A DNA stretch of 63,506 nt, filler included, from Craspedostauros australis (Eukaryota): assembly GCA_030167865.1 (NCBI GenBank). It is 10 parts of 10 records of this genome, joined end to end, with 100 filler letters (N's around TTAATTAATTAA, not from the genome) between each part and the next. Parts side by side here need not be neighbours in the genome. Positions count along the whole stretch, not along the records: positions 1 to 15,090 come from JALAGF010005503.1; positions 15,191 to 18,787 come from JALAGF010005505.1; positions 18,888 to 31,821 come from JALAGF010005506.1; 7 more parts are not named here. One strand, given 5' to 3'. The notes below the pieces were generated by a model that worked only from the letters and a program-made list of their open reading frames with translations, was not told where the DNA came from and ran no database searches. The translations under genes were made by a program, and so were the position numbers. Of the stretch, positions 13,790 through 26,284 are shown one piece after another (position 1 is the stretch's first letter; every line of letters starts with the position of its first letter).

Positions 13790-14230
13790 GCATCGGCCTC
13801 TCTGGCACCCACGGACGACAACATGCTGCGGCTCCTTGTTGCCCCTTGTTGCCCCTTCCTGCGCCGCCTGCGACATCGTGGCTGCTGCTGTCCGATACTG
13901 TATGGTCCGCGGCAAATGGTCGCGTGGATCGATTTCTATTGATCCAGTTCATCTTCGTGTCCGATGAAGTCATCGGCCTGTAGCCAATCTCACCGTCCCC
14001 TATTTATGTTGTGATTACCATTGACGACATCGGGATTATCGTGATGATCGACGGTGTCGCGTTCATCAGGATCGCCGTTGGTATCGCAATTGTTATCCTT
14101 CATGGTGTCAACACCGGACTTCGGTTTGCGCGTTGATCTGTCCGTCTTCCTCGAACGAACGATCAGTGACGCTGTTCTTGTTGGCAGAATGGCTCATGTT
14201 TCGAAGAAGGCCTGATGCATACATCTCCAA
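13790..14230 (-). pseudogene. Decayed 5' fragment of a third STAND NTPase paralog
   Basis: Minus strand reads HNINRGR*DWLQADDFIGHEDELDQ*KSIHATICR and ...GNKEPQHVVVRG, matching HNTSSGRWDRIRLDHFIGREDELERLKSIYARLCR...GNKEPQVVLIHG of copy 1, with stops and frameshifts. Boundaries approximate. Confidence 0.8.
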
Positions 14231-15134
14231 CAGATCTGGCAGAGCCAGCGAAAAATGAGAATAACAGAGCCATTATAGGATGTGTGGATCAATGCTCTGT
14301 ACTCAAGTATAGCGATGATCATAGAGTAGAATGGATGAATACCTTAAGAGAGGTTGTGATGGGCAGAGTAAGCACGTACCTCTTACTCCTGTGTGATCAG
14401 TTGTTGCGTCATCCCGCGTGGTCTTTTTCTGCGGTTCGTTTCGCCTATCATGGTGCACACTATAACGCTTTTTACTGGTTGCTCACACAGGATTCATGTG
14501 TTTCTCGTCCTTCGTCGACAGTTTGGGGAAACCACTTAATGAAGGTGCAGCTAATTCTATCTAACGTGCGACATGTGTCATGACGGCCTCAACGCAGGCG
14601 CGCCAAACCAAAAGAGACAAAACCCCACGCTCACATTTTCAACCAAAACGACAGAACAACAAAGAACAACACCAATGTGACGTAGGTAATCTGCCACCAA
14701 ATGATGAAGAGAGGAGCGACGCCAAGACGATCGACGAAGCAGAACTGTTCCGCACGTGGTCCACCACGCGTATCGACGAAGATGGAAGCTGTGGAACAGG
14801 GTAGCTCAGCGACCGATACAACGACATCATCACTTTCGTTGCCTACCTACACAGTTGCCTTGCGGTGGTCTTGTTGCTGATCGCAGATGTTTGATTGTAC
14901 AAATGTTATGGGATACTATTACCATACGAGCTACGAGTATGGGACTTGTGATAGTATTTGACAGCAACTTCTATCTTCCCGGGAGCGCTCACTCTCTCGG
15001 ACGAACCAGCGATCCTGAGAGCACCGCACCACCACGGATGAAGGCATACCATACCAGCATACTATTATACAAAACACTTCGATGGCTACANNNNNNNNNN
15101 NNNNNNNNNNNNNNNNNNNNNNNNNNNNNNNNNN

Positions 15135-15146
15135 TTAATTAATTAA
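15135..15146. other. Artificial scaffold linker TTAATTAATTAA (six-frame stop) embedded in Ns
   Basis: Same 12-mer within N-runs at 15135, 18832, 31866, 37087, 38737, 47601, 51615, 55980 and 58732. These split the window into ten unrelated scaffolds. Confidence 0.97.
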
Positions 15147-15190
15147 NNNNNNNNNNNNNNNNNNNNNNNNNNNNNNNNNNNNNNNNNNNN

Positions 15191-15209
15191 TGAGCGGAAC
15201 TTGCCAACA
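15191..15209 (+). repeat. 3' tip of LTR family B at scaffold edge
   Basis: TGAGCGGAACTTGCCAACA is identical to the end of the solo LTR at 57945-57963. Confidence 0.7.
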
Positions 15210-15946
15210 TGTGTGCCTGTCTAACTTGTTTGCTCTGTACATACGAGTGTGGCTGTTGGCATTGGTCTTTGCGTTGGTCTTCTCGGTGGCGTTTGCTCTG
15301 TCGCAGATTGCGATGGAGTCCATTTTGCAGTCTGCAGCGCTGTCAACATTACCAAAGCTCAGTGCTCGTCAGATGGTGCGGTGCATGGGTGGGCAGTGCC
15401 TTGGAGATGATTGATTGCTCACGACGGCAGTGTCCTCCTCGTCATGTCGCCACCACAAGGGGTTGATGGAGAAATGATTACATTCATGATGACAAAGCAG
15501 TCAACAACAATTATGCATGGTATCATACTCAATGGAATCGCACTTGGTATTGGTGCTCCCGTATGCAGATAGTATCGTGTTTTGCAGAGAGGACAGGAAC
15601 ATGAACACGAAGGTGAACTTGAGAAAGAGCGGGAACATGTATGTCCCCGTCCATCGTCCACCGCTACGGAAGCGGATGAGGGTGCAGTGAGGAGACGATG
15701 AAATCGAAGTTTTGTGTTTTTGTTGATTGACGTGTCGGAGGGAATCAAACCGCGAGCAATTGCGTGGTCCCAAACGTGTACTGCCAATCGTGTTTTCGTC
15801 TACGCGACACGAGCTCGTACGACAACATTGTGCGAATCAATGGAGATCGTCAGAATCCAAGTGGTCGGCGCCAATAACCTGTTCGCGCCTGTCCGTCGAT
15901 ACGAGAGAATGAGCGCTGGCCACGAACGTGTCGAACACGAGAATTC

Positions 15947-18146
15947 GAGGAAATTCACGAACCAGCCCTTTTGAAGTGCCGATTTCCACCAACCAGCCTG
16001 TTTTGACACTATTTAGTGGCTCAAAACGTCCATTTAGTGGCTCAAAACGTCCAGATGTCCATACGACATCTTATGGACACAGAGGTTTCCCAGCGACTTG
16101 GAAGGTTAGTATGTAAATATAGACTAACTACACCACACAGGAAAAGTACAAGCCACNNNNNNNNNNNNNNNNNNNNNNNNNNNNNNNNNNNNNNNNNNNN
16201 NNNNNNATATAGACTAACTACACCACACAGGAAAAGTACAAGCCACGTCATATATGTTTGTCATGAATGCCATAGAATGCATGTAAATAGCCCATAAGAA
16301 TATATAACATCAAATTAAGGGATAATTACTACTTTAGTTTGTTGGTATGTGCATAATCCACCTGTTTGCTCCACCTCTTTGCGTTGTGGATCGTATTCTG
16401 ACCAAACCTTCATTGAAAAGGATAAAATACTACATTCTAACAAGATCGGCGCATCGAGGGCATTCCNNNNNNNNNNNNNNNNNNNTGCAAGTGACTGGAT
16501 CCAGCTAGAAGGTGTTGCAGATTATACGCGATCACATCATGTGATACCGCACAGTGACTGTGTGCGGTGTGCAGAGCTTTACCCAAACCTTCATATGAAA
16601 GATCCAACATTTAAAATTCTACCAACCCCATCATTGCGACGGCGCTTCAATGGGCACGGGAGTGGCTTGGGAGGATCTGGATCCTTCTTGAAGAAGTGCT
16701 GGTATCCAAATCTACGGATCTTGTGATACTGTGCGGCACACATGATGCTGTACTCTATTCCAAGTATCTATGCATTCCACAGGCTGTTTTGAGAGATCCG
16801 ACCAACCACACCACTCCAAGCGTGCCACATAGAATCCGAACATGGAGTTTGGAGTCATGGATCCGCCAGGAAGGGATCGAAATCTGCAAATGTGAATATC
16901 ATGCAGCACTGATCGTTGCACATCCAGCTATACGATGTTCTGAGCACATGTACGCAGAAAAATTTCGATCACATACCAATCCAACGCTTTTTCCACTCCA
17001 AGCACATTCCAAAGAGTACGATCCTGGAGTTTGGGGTCCTAGATCTGTACGGAAATGATCGATATGTGCAGATGCTGATATTCACCAGCACTACGCGGGC
17101 CGGGAGTGTGCAGTTCGCATCGCACTGTACAGTATTCCGCATATCTATGCATCCGGCCAGCCGTGTTGAGAGATGCGACCAGTGAGGCTACTCCAAGCAG
17201 ACTCCAAAGGCGATGACCATGGAGTTGAAAGACCAAGACCTGTTTGGAAAGATGTAATTCTACAGATGCTGATGTCCAGTGGCACTTGGCAGNGCCGTGA
17301 CANGTGAATCACCTGGGCGCATGCCGATANNCCTTGTTGACGCCTGTACGGCATCAAACAATAAATCTGCACNCTGTGGAGTGTGTTGTGAGCCATCGAA
17401 GTATTGTATTGAAATATGATCGACATTTTCTATACACGTATGCTCAGAACACTGTACAGCTTGGTGCGTACCGTTCAGTACTGTGTGATATTCATACCTG
17501 CAGAATTAGATCGCTTCCAGACGGATACAAGACTTCAAACTCCATGGCTGTAGTCCTTGGAGTGTGTTTGGAGTGGTGCAGCTGATCGAATCTCTCAAAA
17601 CGGCCTGCCAAATGCGTAGATATGCAGAAGACTACAGCACGATGCGTATCGCACAGTATTACAATATTCACAGATTTGGATACCAGCATCTCTTCCAGAC
17701 AGATATAGACACTCGCAAGTTGGTATTTTNCCGATTGGAATGCCNTCAATGCGNCGATCTTGTTAGAATGNAGTATTTGCTATCTTTCCCAATGAAGGTT
17801 TCGTCTGAATACNATCCACAAGCAAGCACTTGGAGCANACAGACGGATGATGTGCTTATCTATGNCTAAANCAGGCATNGATTCCCTTCATAAGATGCTA
17901 TTCATTCTTGTGGAAAAATTAATGGCATATTGTTACGAGTATAACAAATAAATATGCTGTGGCTTGTACTTTTCGTGTGTGGTATTGGAAGTCTATATTT
18001 ATATACTAGCCTTACGAGCCGACGCAAAATCTCTGTGTCCATGAGATGTCGCATGGACATTTTGACGGTTTGAGTCGGTAAGCAACACAAAACAGGCTGG
18101 TTGGTGGAAATCGGCACTTCAAAAGGGCTGGTTCGTGAATTTCCTC
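15947..18146. mobile_element. Non-autonomous foldback DNA transposon, Mutator/MULE-like
   Basis: Perfect 59-bp terminal inverted repeat (GAGGAAATTCACGAACC...). Imperfect inverted arms continue to ~16990 and ~17400. Exact 9-bp TSD CGAGAATTC at 15938-15946 and 18147-18155. No transposase ORF. Confidence 0.9.
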
Positions 18147-18612
18147 CGAGAATTCTGTCATGTCGAGCAAAGTGCAGGAGTTTTGCCAAACGTGACGTCG
18201 TCAATCGAGCCAAACCACGCACGCAGACTTCGGGCGCCAACGTTTCCGAATCACAACGAAAGCGTCAGAACGAAGGCCGCCATGTTGCTGTGATCTTGGA
18301 CGCCACAAACATCCCACACACAACAGCAGCGGACCCCCATTTGAATGGCTTGCGACACCATCACAGGCACACAACCCAATCATCGATCTGCTGTGCCACA
18401 CCGTACGATCGCACAAAGCGCTGACACCATCACCATCACCATCACCATCAACTCCACCCCACCCAGTAACCTTAGCATCCGCACTATCTCTGCCCTACCC
18501 AAGCTTCAGCCCACAGCAGCACCTCTCAAGTAACCAGATTGGAGCGGTACGTCAAGCCCGCACGTACACTCACACCAAAGCCAAGAATCAACGCTTGCGC
18601 CCTCGCTTTGAT

Positions 18613-18787
18613 ATGGCTGAAGTTCCCGGTCAGGCCGGCGATCTCGGTGGTAACGCGCCGCTCGTTGAGACGATCTGCGATTCTGTCTTCAAGAACTACC
18701 GCTTCTGGACCCTCAAGGATGACGACGAACGCATCATGAAGATGCTGAAGACGTTGCCGAAGCCCGACGAAAGCGTCATCATGGAGA
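18613..18787 (+). CDS. 5' end of a hypothetical protein (truncated by scaffold end)
   Basis: ATG-initiated frame MAEVPGQAGDLGG... with strong C/G-ending codon bias, preceded by CA-rich leader with (CACCAT)n. Runs into the gap. Confidence 0.5.
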
Positions 18788-18923
18788 NNNNNNNNNNNNN
18801 NNNNNNNNNNNNNNNNNNNNNNNNNNNNNNNTTAATTAATTAANNNNNNNNNNNNNNNNNNNNNNNNNNNNNNNNNNNNNNNNNNNNCCAAGACAGAAAC
18901 GCCAACAACGACGGCGCTCAGAA

Positions 18924-19916
18924 ATGGTGGACACCATCACCATGACGACGCACGGCTTGGGCATGGGCATCGACCGATCCCGACAAGGATCGTCAAAACC
19001 GGTGATGCCTTCACCACCATGCAAGCGAAGGAGGTTTCTTTCACCCTCATCTGCAAGCACCAGGATCGGATGCCACCACTTCCGCAAAGACGACCTCATT
19101 CGCGGATCGCCACCGACATCGCTCATCATCCCGGATCTCATGGACGTCCCCTCGGTCGACCATGGTGATGAGGTGTGGGGCGGCACCGGCAAGGACAACC
19201 AGAAGAACGAAGGCAACAACGCACCGTCATTCACGCTGAAACCAAGGTTCGACGGTCAGGCTCTTGGCTGTGTGTCTCGACTGGTTGGAGTCTGCAAATC
19301 CCAGTTCAAGGTAATCCCATCAAAGCCTTCGATGGCGGCTCAACAACGTGCCACACTCACAGCGCGAAGGGCAGTGCCGCACCGTGTCAACGGACATAGG
19401 CATTCACCCGAATCGTTGCCAGTGTCATTGCCGAGGCCGGTCCCGATACAAGCCCCGATGCAGGCGCTGCCTTCAACGGCAATGGGGCCATTCAACTCTC
19501 TCGGACCTCGCGTGGTCTGCCCCCCTCAACATGACGGCTGGAGCAAGCACCGAAACTATCATGGTCATCATGAACGCCAGCAGCAACAGCAACATCGAGT
19601 GGAGGTGCTTCAGCCGCTGATGTCCCAACACTGCAGCAGTAGCGGTTGCAGCAACAATGGCAACAACCTCGGGAGGACTGGCATGGTGACGCATCAATGC
19701 GGACCAGGAGGACTGACACGGTACCAAACACCCCCACACACACGCTCGCTGATGCGGGTCGATCCTCACCACAGTGGAGTCTTCACTTCACTGCCGGCGC
19801 GCTTCGTTTCTCCATCTTGCGAACAAGTTGGTAACAACGACAGCAACAGCATCGACGGTCGCGAGTCTCTGCCTCCTTCGCATGAGTCCGCGATGCGAAG
19901 GTCCGACCTGCCTTGA
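18924..19916 (+). CDS. Hypothetical low-complexity protein (Pro/Ser/Gln/His-rich), possibly 5'-partial
   Basis: 330-aa open frame at scaffold start, followed by AT-richer 3' sequence. No recognisable domain. Confidence 0.55.
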   Translation: MVDTITMTTHGLGMGIDRSRQGSSKPVMPSPPCKRRRFLSPSSASTRIGCHHFRKDDLIRGSPPTSLIIPDLMDVPSVDHGDEVWGGTGKDNQKNEGNNAPSFTLKPRFDGQALGCVSRLVGVCKSQFKVIPSKPSMAAQQRATLTARRAVPHRVNGHRHSPESLPVSLPRPVPIQAPMQALPSTAMGPFNSLGPRVVCPPQHDGWSKHRNYHGHHERQQQQQHRVEVLQPLMSQHCSSSGCSNNGNNLGRTGMVTHQCGPGGLTRYQTPPHTRSLMRVDPHHSGVFTSLPARFVSPSCEQVGNNDSNSIDGRESLPPSHESAMRRSDLP

Positions 19917-22900
19917 CATCTCCACACCACTCCGCATCAATGGTAATACTTGAGTATAGCATGCAATACTATTCATGAGAGATGTACCTACTGTACATAG
20001 TACTGGCATTACTTGATCACTGCATCATAGAATATCACACTGACTGGAGTTCATTCCATGATACATAGCAAACGAGGAGCGAACTTTCCTCCCGCCTGCC
20101 CATCATATAATACGAGCAGAGAAGAAACATTGGGAGTGAGCGCGGAAGCATACGACTACTACCATAGTCATAGCTGCGAGCTATTACATGATGGAGTGGG
20201 TGCTTGGATACATCGTATGCTGGTGCTCCAGAGCGCTCTCTTTGACCCAACTCACATAACCAATGACTGATGACCAACAACCACTCGAAGCTTGACGCGT
20301 TGCCGCAGAGATAGTCTGCGGTGCTGGTCTGCTCTCATCAATTAGATCGTATGTTAAGATCAGTCTTTCATTTCGCTTTGTTGGAAAGTGTGACTTCTCG
20401 TGATTCCTACAAAGCAGTCGCAGCACAAGTACTCTTCCTCCGCTTCCTGGGGCCAGGCGGCACTTTCTGCGATCTGCAGGGTCGCACCATGCCAATGCAT
20501 TCGATACGAGTGTGCTGTGCCCTCGCAGTATGGTCCATAGTCTCTTTGCGTAATGATACGACCACAGATACAATTGCCGATAGTGGTGGCAGAGGTCGAG
20601 GAGCTGGTCGGCAGGAGACAGGACTATGAAGCAAAACAACCGTATCCAGGATACTTGTTCGTTGCCCATGACCACGGTGCATCAACTCTTGTGTGATCCT
20701 TGCATCTTCGCATCATCGCCACAAACGTGACGGCATCAGTGCGCCTGCCGCGTCATCATCAGGGCCGCAGTCTCTTCCGTTGTCGCAGTATGATGACGTG
20801 AGGTCGCAAAACCCGGCTTGGGCCGCAGTTCATCTCATCCACACGCATAGTTCCAGCTTCTGCTAAGTACTTGAGTGTACCGTACGAGCACGTACATACC
20901 AGGTATCGCGCGGTATCCACGTCGAAGAGAACATTGATCTGTGAAATGCAAGTCGAACCGTGCACAATTTTTGTGGACACTGTCATGGACGTCATCGTCG
21001 TTGGTGTTGTCGTTGTTGTTGGCGGGTGTTGTAGTTGTTTGTTGTTGTTGTTGTTCTTCTTCTTCGAGATTGAAATTCAGCCATTGACATTCTCGCTTTG
21101 TGCCGTGGCTCATCACACCACGGACAAAGTGGAATGAAGCGTCTGGAATCTCCGTCATTTGCGGACTGTGGCGCGGAGTTTGGATGTTCGTGCTGCTTCG
21201 CTATGAACTTGACAACGGTTCGCGTCTGAACGTCATCCCAATTTGTTGGTGAATGCTATGTGCGCCCTGAACAGCTGTTTGCTTTTTTCAGTGGACCAAC
21301 CGAGCTTCCGTTGAGGAATTGAGAACCAATGAAAAACCAATCCAACAGTGCGATAAAGCCCTGCCAGATGGTTGCTGTCAGTGAAAGAACAACGATGGTG
21401 CAGCTTCTCCTTGTCGTCACGCTGCCTTTTCTGGGAATGCCTGCGACACATTGTTTCTGTAAGTAACTGTATTTGGCGACGTCGCATCGAGCATACAATA
21501 GGCCAGTCCGGATAACGTCCGCCTAAGTAAGTCGCAGCATTGGGTGCGGATCACAAAATTTGGCATCTGCGCTTCCAAAGAGTCGCTGGTGCACGCTCGA
21601 TGGTCAAGCGAACGACTTCAGGCGCTGCGCTCGAACGTGCCAATCTGCTTTCGCAATGACGATTTGACACCACCCATAAGCGCGGAAGAATGCGTTGGGT
21701 GACGAATGCATCCTTCGTGAAAGACGAGGACAAGAAACAGCGGGTTCGTGTGTACTTGCGTGAGTGCAAGGCACGATTTAGCACAGAGTCAGTACTGGGC
21801 CAATGCGTAGAATTTCACTGGCGACGCAACACGTACGTGTATGGTACTATACACACCACAATGACTTGGCCAGTGGAACCAGCGAGAAGAATGCGATCGA
21901 AGGAGAGAAGCGTGGGAGGCAAAAGACAGGAGCGAGCACGAACCAGTAGTAGTACGGCAAAGACGCTCAGAGGTACTCCTTGGTCGGCGAACGATGGTAC
22001 GTGTCACCACGGGAAGTGCGGTAAAGACACTACATGTGTCGATTTGTACTTTATTCACGCTTGAAGCGTGTTCTGCCGTGCTTTGTTCGTTCGGATCATC
22101 GACTCATGCGACTACTAGAGCACGCCTTTCCCGTGTCGGCGTGACGTTGCGCTTATTAACGTGCGTGCCCTGGCGATGTCCAACACCATGTGAACGTGCC
22201 AATGATGTCCGCTTTGCTCTCCTTCCACCCTTTCGTGTCTGCTCCAAGACAGCGCCATTCCCAAACCCGCGACGTCACATTGCCTCCTTTCCACCGTGAC
22301 AGCCCTTCGGCTCAATTGCCCTTGCTTTTCAAAAGAGTGCTGGATTCGCATTGGTTGTTCGCGTTTCTTCGCACGGGGCGACTCTCGAACGCGTGGGGGT
22401 GGTTCCTTTTCGCGCCACAATTCATTGCTGTGCAGCACTCCAACAAACACACGTTATCTGATCATCCTCTTTCCCGGTGTACTTCGGTTCTTCATCATGT
22501 CGCTCTCCACAGCACACCTGTGACAATAGTGAGCATGTTCGTTCGCAGGGGGGTAGGCAGCGTCATGTCCTCCCTTTCCTGGTACTGATGGGCACGCGTT
22601 CTGGGGTGATAACCCCTGCCTCACATGGCTCTCATTGTCAGCCTCAGCAGTGAACACCTACCTGCCCCTCCGCTCAACGTGCGTGTTGTTGCACACTCCA
22701 GATGCTTCCCTGGTGTTTTCGTTCGTTTCATTTAGGACACACTGGGATTGTCTTGCGCAATCAACAGTGTCTGGTTGCCTAGTCAATCCTCTTTCTATCC
22801 AAAGAAGGATGTCTCACCTCCACGTGGACGTAGCTCCTTCCCCATTCTCCACACGGCTTACCAGTGGGTCCGAGATGTATTGTTGACAAATAGTGTTCCC

Positions 22901-23075
22901 TGCAGTAAAACATGGCACTCGCATGATGCTCCAGTCAGTGTAATGCTGAGCTTGCCTTTTCAAACAAGGACACCAGACACGAACTCACTAGAGCAGACAA
23001 GGGAGAGAATCCAGGATTAACATTGTTTGCATGTTCAATTTTGACTATTTGTTACTACTAAGTGGGACAGGCTAT

Positions 23076-24467
23076 TTAGTGTGTGTGCTGTGCTTCTGCT
23101 TGGGCGATGGCACGTTCACGTGCTTCTTGCATGGCGACAACAACGTCAAACGAGGGGAAGCCGTTGCTCAGTTCAATTTGGGTGAGGATGACCACCGCGT
23201 TGAATGCCAGGCGATGCTTGTCAACATGGTGCCGCCACTTCAAGTGCATGCATTACCAGTGCTTGATTCGCCTGTTGACCGTTTCGTGGCGGCAACGCAT
23301 GATCCCATCTGCATGAAAAGTTGGGGGAAATACGCAAGGGTCTCCACGGTATCCGGAATCTGCTACTACGACTTCGTGTTGCGCCAATCTTGGCTTCAGT
23401 CCCAGACGGAAGATCGAGAGATCGTTCAGCAGGCCACACGGGAAAGGCCCATTCGCCCAAANNNNNNNNNNNNNNNNNNNNNNNNNNNNNNNNNNNNNNN
23501 NNNNNNNNNNNNNNNNNNNNNNNNNNGAGTACCACTTCTTGTCAAACGGTTTCGGTTCCATGATTCGCATGTCAGTTCCGTCAACCGTCACAAGAGCTTT
23601 TGCGTTGTGACTTGCGCCAACGAAACGACGGTTCCAAACAATCTGTCAATGCAAGCGGTACCACGACAAAAAGAACCGTGTGTGAGTGAATGAAGTGAAC
23701 ATAATTNNNNNNNNNNNNNNNNNNNNNNNNNNNNNNNNNNNNNNNNNNNNNNNNNNGTTGCGCCAATCTTGGCTTCAGTCCCAGACGGAAGATCGAGAGA
23801 TCGTTCAGCAGGCCACACGGGAAAGGCCCATTCGCCCAAATGATCTCACCAGTGGAAATCGCAACAGCCAACTCGTAACGCACACCAGCAGCGCGAAATT
23901 TGAACGAGTACCACTTCTTGTCAAACGGTTTCGGTTCCATGATTCGCATGTCAGTTCCGTCAACCGTCACAAGAGCTTTTGCGTTGTGACTTGCGCCAAC
24001 NNNNNNNNNNNNNNNNNNNNNNNNNNNNNNNNNNNNNNNNNNNNNNNNNNNNNNNNNNNNNNNNNNNNNNNNNNNNNNNNNNNNNNNNNNNNNNNNNNNN
24101 NNNNNNNNNNNNNNNNNNNNNNNNNGATTCGATCTTTAACGGTTTCAACGGCTGCCATCATGAGCCACATCCATTTGCGAAGAGTTTTTGCAGAACACTT
24201 GCACACAGCGGCTAACGCAGTTTCAGACACGTACATGCGAAGAAACGCGCACGTCCAAAGGAGGTGTTTGGGTTTGGCCGCGCGTGGCAGAGCTCGAGCG
24301 TCTGCGAGCTCGTTCCACAAGATGTGTACGATGTCCGGATGTGTCCCAAACACAGACACAAACTGTCGCAATGACTCCCTCGAAAGGTCATTGGTGAGCA
24401 TGCCTCTTGGGCGAGAGCCAATCAGCCCAAAACCAACAGTTGCGAACGTTCCGTGAGGGAGCAACAT
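23076..24467 (-). mobile_element. PIF/Harbinger-like (DDE_Tnp_4-type) transposase gene, probably disabled; exon 1 from 24467, exon 2 23642-23076
   Basis: HTH-like N-terminus (KPKHLLWTCAFLRMY...KTLRKW). Intron acceptor TTGACAG then IVWNRRF...VTVDGTD, WYSFKF, ADSGYRG, RHETVNRRIK catalytic motifs. In-frame TAA at 23253-23255. 23757-24000 is a redundantly assembled piece between gaps. Confidence 0.85.
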
Positions 24468-25161
24468 TTTGGTGCTGTTGCGAATTGTGAGCTCTTCGTG
24501 TGTCTAGAAATGTCAAAATGAAGCGAAAACACAAATGTCAGCAAGCAACTCCCATCATCGTCAGCATTGTGCATGAAAGAACTGCAACTTGGCAACGACG
24601 AAACAGTGTTTCCCCTCGTAGAACTCTGCTTGTCTTGTGGTAGAACAGTTGTTGTCGCCTTTCGCCTTTGGGGAGCTGATCACACGATACGCCCAGCGAC
24701 AAACGCGAACTGTTGTCCCCGCGATGCCACTCGATTGCGCAAGGGTGCTAAAGAAACCAGCATCCAACGGACGACGAGGCCGTATTCTTTTCTTCATGGC
24801 CGAATACAACATCATCATCCTGGTGTGTATCCGCGACTCCGTGTGGGTGGTCACTTGGAATGACGTGTGCGCTGTTTCGTTCGTCCCTGTACTGTAAGAC
24901 AAGAGCACTGAGGAGAGCAGAGCGAACATGTTTGGAGTCGCCGGTCATCCTTTGTGATGGCAAATTCCTGCGAGCGCGATGTTGTCACCCACACTGAGGA
25001 CTCCGGCTAGGACTTGTGCGCAGTATGAACAATGATGGACCTACAATCATGAATATGCAAATACGGACGGCAGGCTTGCATTGGAATCCAACACATGGCG
25101 TGTCTATGTCTTGCAAAAGTCGTGCTCATATCGCTTTCACGTCGCGCTCATGTCATGTCGA

Positions 25162-25617
25162 TTGCTGGTCGATCGTGTCTCGTTTGCTGGTCGATCGCCC
25201 CTCGTTTGCTGGTCGATTGTGCATTGATTTTCGCCTATTTCAGAACTTTCGACACGTCTCATACGACATTTTTCCTTATGGAAGCGTGTCACAATTGCGT
25301 AGGTGACAAGCTTGCGAACGCTGCGATGCAAAACTCTCATGTCGATTGTGCTTCGGAATGCTGTCGTCAATCAACATCAAGCACTTCTGCTGAACAATAT
25401 AGAGAGTATGTTCCATTCGTCCTATCTACTTGCACATTATGCACCATACTGCCAATAAAAAGACGACTATATTAGATATTGTAGCATGGTGAACTATCGC
25501 CACATGTCACAGTGACAGATCTGCTGTAAATTTGTGCAAATTAGTACTGATTAAGTGTCGTTTGCTGGTCGATCGTGTCTCGTTTGCTGGTCGATCGCCC
25601 CTCGTTTGCTTGTCGAT
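25162..25617. repeat. Two blocks of 22-bp tandem repeats (TGCTGGTCGATCG...CTCGTT) between the Harbinger genes
   Basis: About 2.6 units at 25162-25218, repeated almost identically at 25561-25617. Confidence 0.85.
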
Positions 25618-26284
25618 GCCTGTCCTGTCTCATGCGTGTCGCACACCCATGTCATGTTGGTGTCTATCCTAACGCACTCCACATAGAGGCACATGGTGAG
25701 TCGCACGCGAGCCCTGACAGAATTGCCTCAACGATTCCCTGACGAAACGGCGCACATGGTGAAGAGCCATCACGTCACGTCAGAGTGCACGTGCATTGTT
25801 GGAGGCGTGTGTGACGCAGGCCGAAGAACCATGTGTATCCTCAATCGTCGACTCACAGGAACCGTGTTTAGCGTACGTCGAGCGTTGAGTCTAGTGTACT
25901 TCAATTATACACCAACCTTTGTAGATATATACTCGTAATAAACATATACATATTTATTCAATGTACATTCATTATATTATAAATAGAGTATACGACCTAA
26001 GATGAGGGACTAGCCAGGCGTCTACCATGCGTTGAACGCTAGTGGAGGAGAGTAGCACTACACGTCATGCCGTGTACTATTACGCTGCAACACGGTGATT
26101 GATCACTCCCTCAATCCTCCCAACCACGGATGCTGCATGTCAGAAACTGGTTGGTCATCACATGCTGGAGACGAAGGCAAAAGGAAGCCCTTCGACAATC
26201 ATCGCTTCATAAAAGTCATCGATGCAACATCCCCAGCACTCTGCCAACCGCCATTCCATCTTCCGCGAGTAAGTACAGTTAATC

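Noticed and set aside
20184..21158. Possible spliced gene or pseudogene on the minus strand with Gln/Thr/Asn tracts
   Set aside because: Could not assemble a consistent exon chain or recognise a domain.
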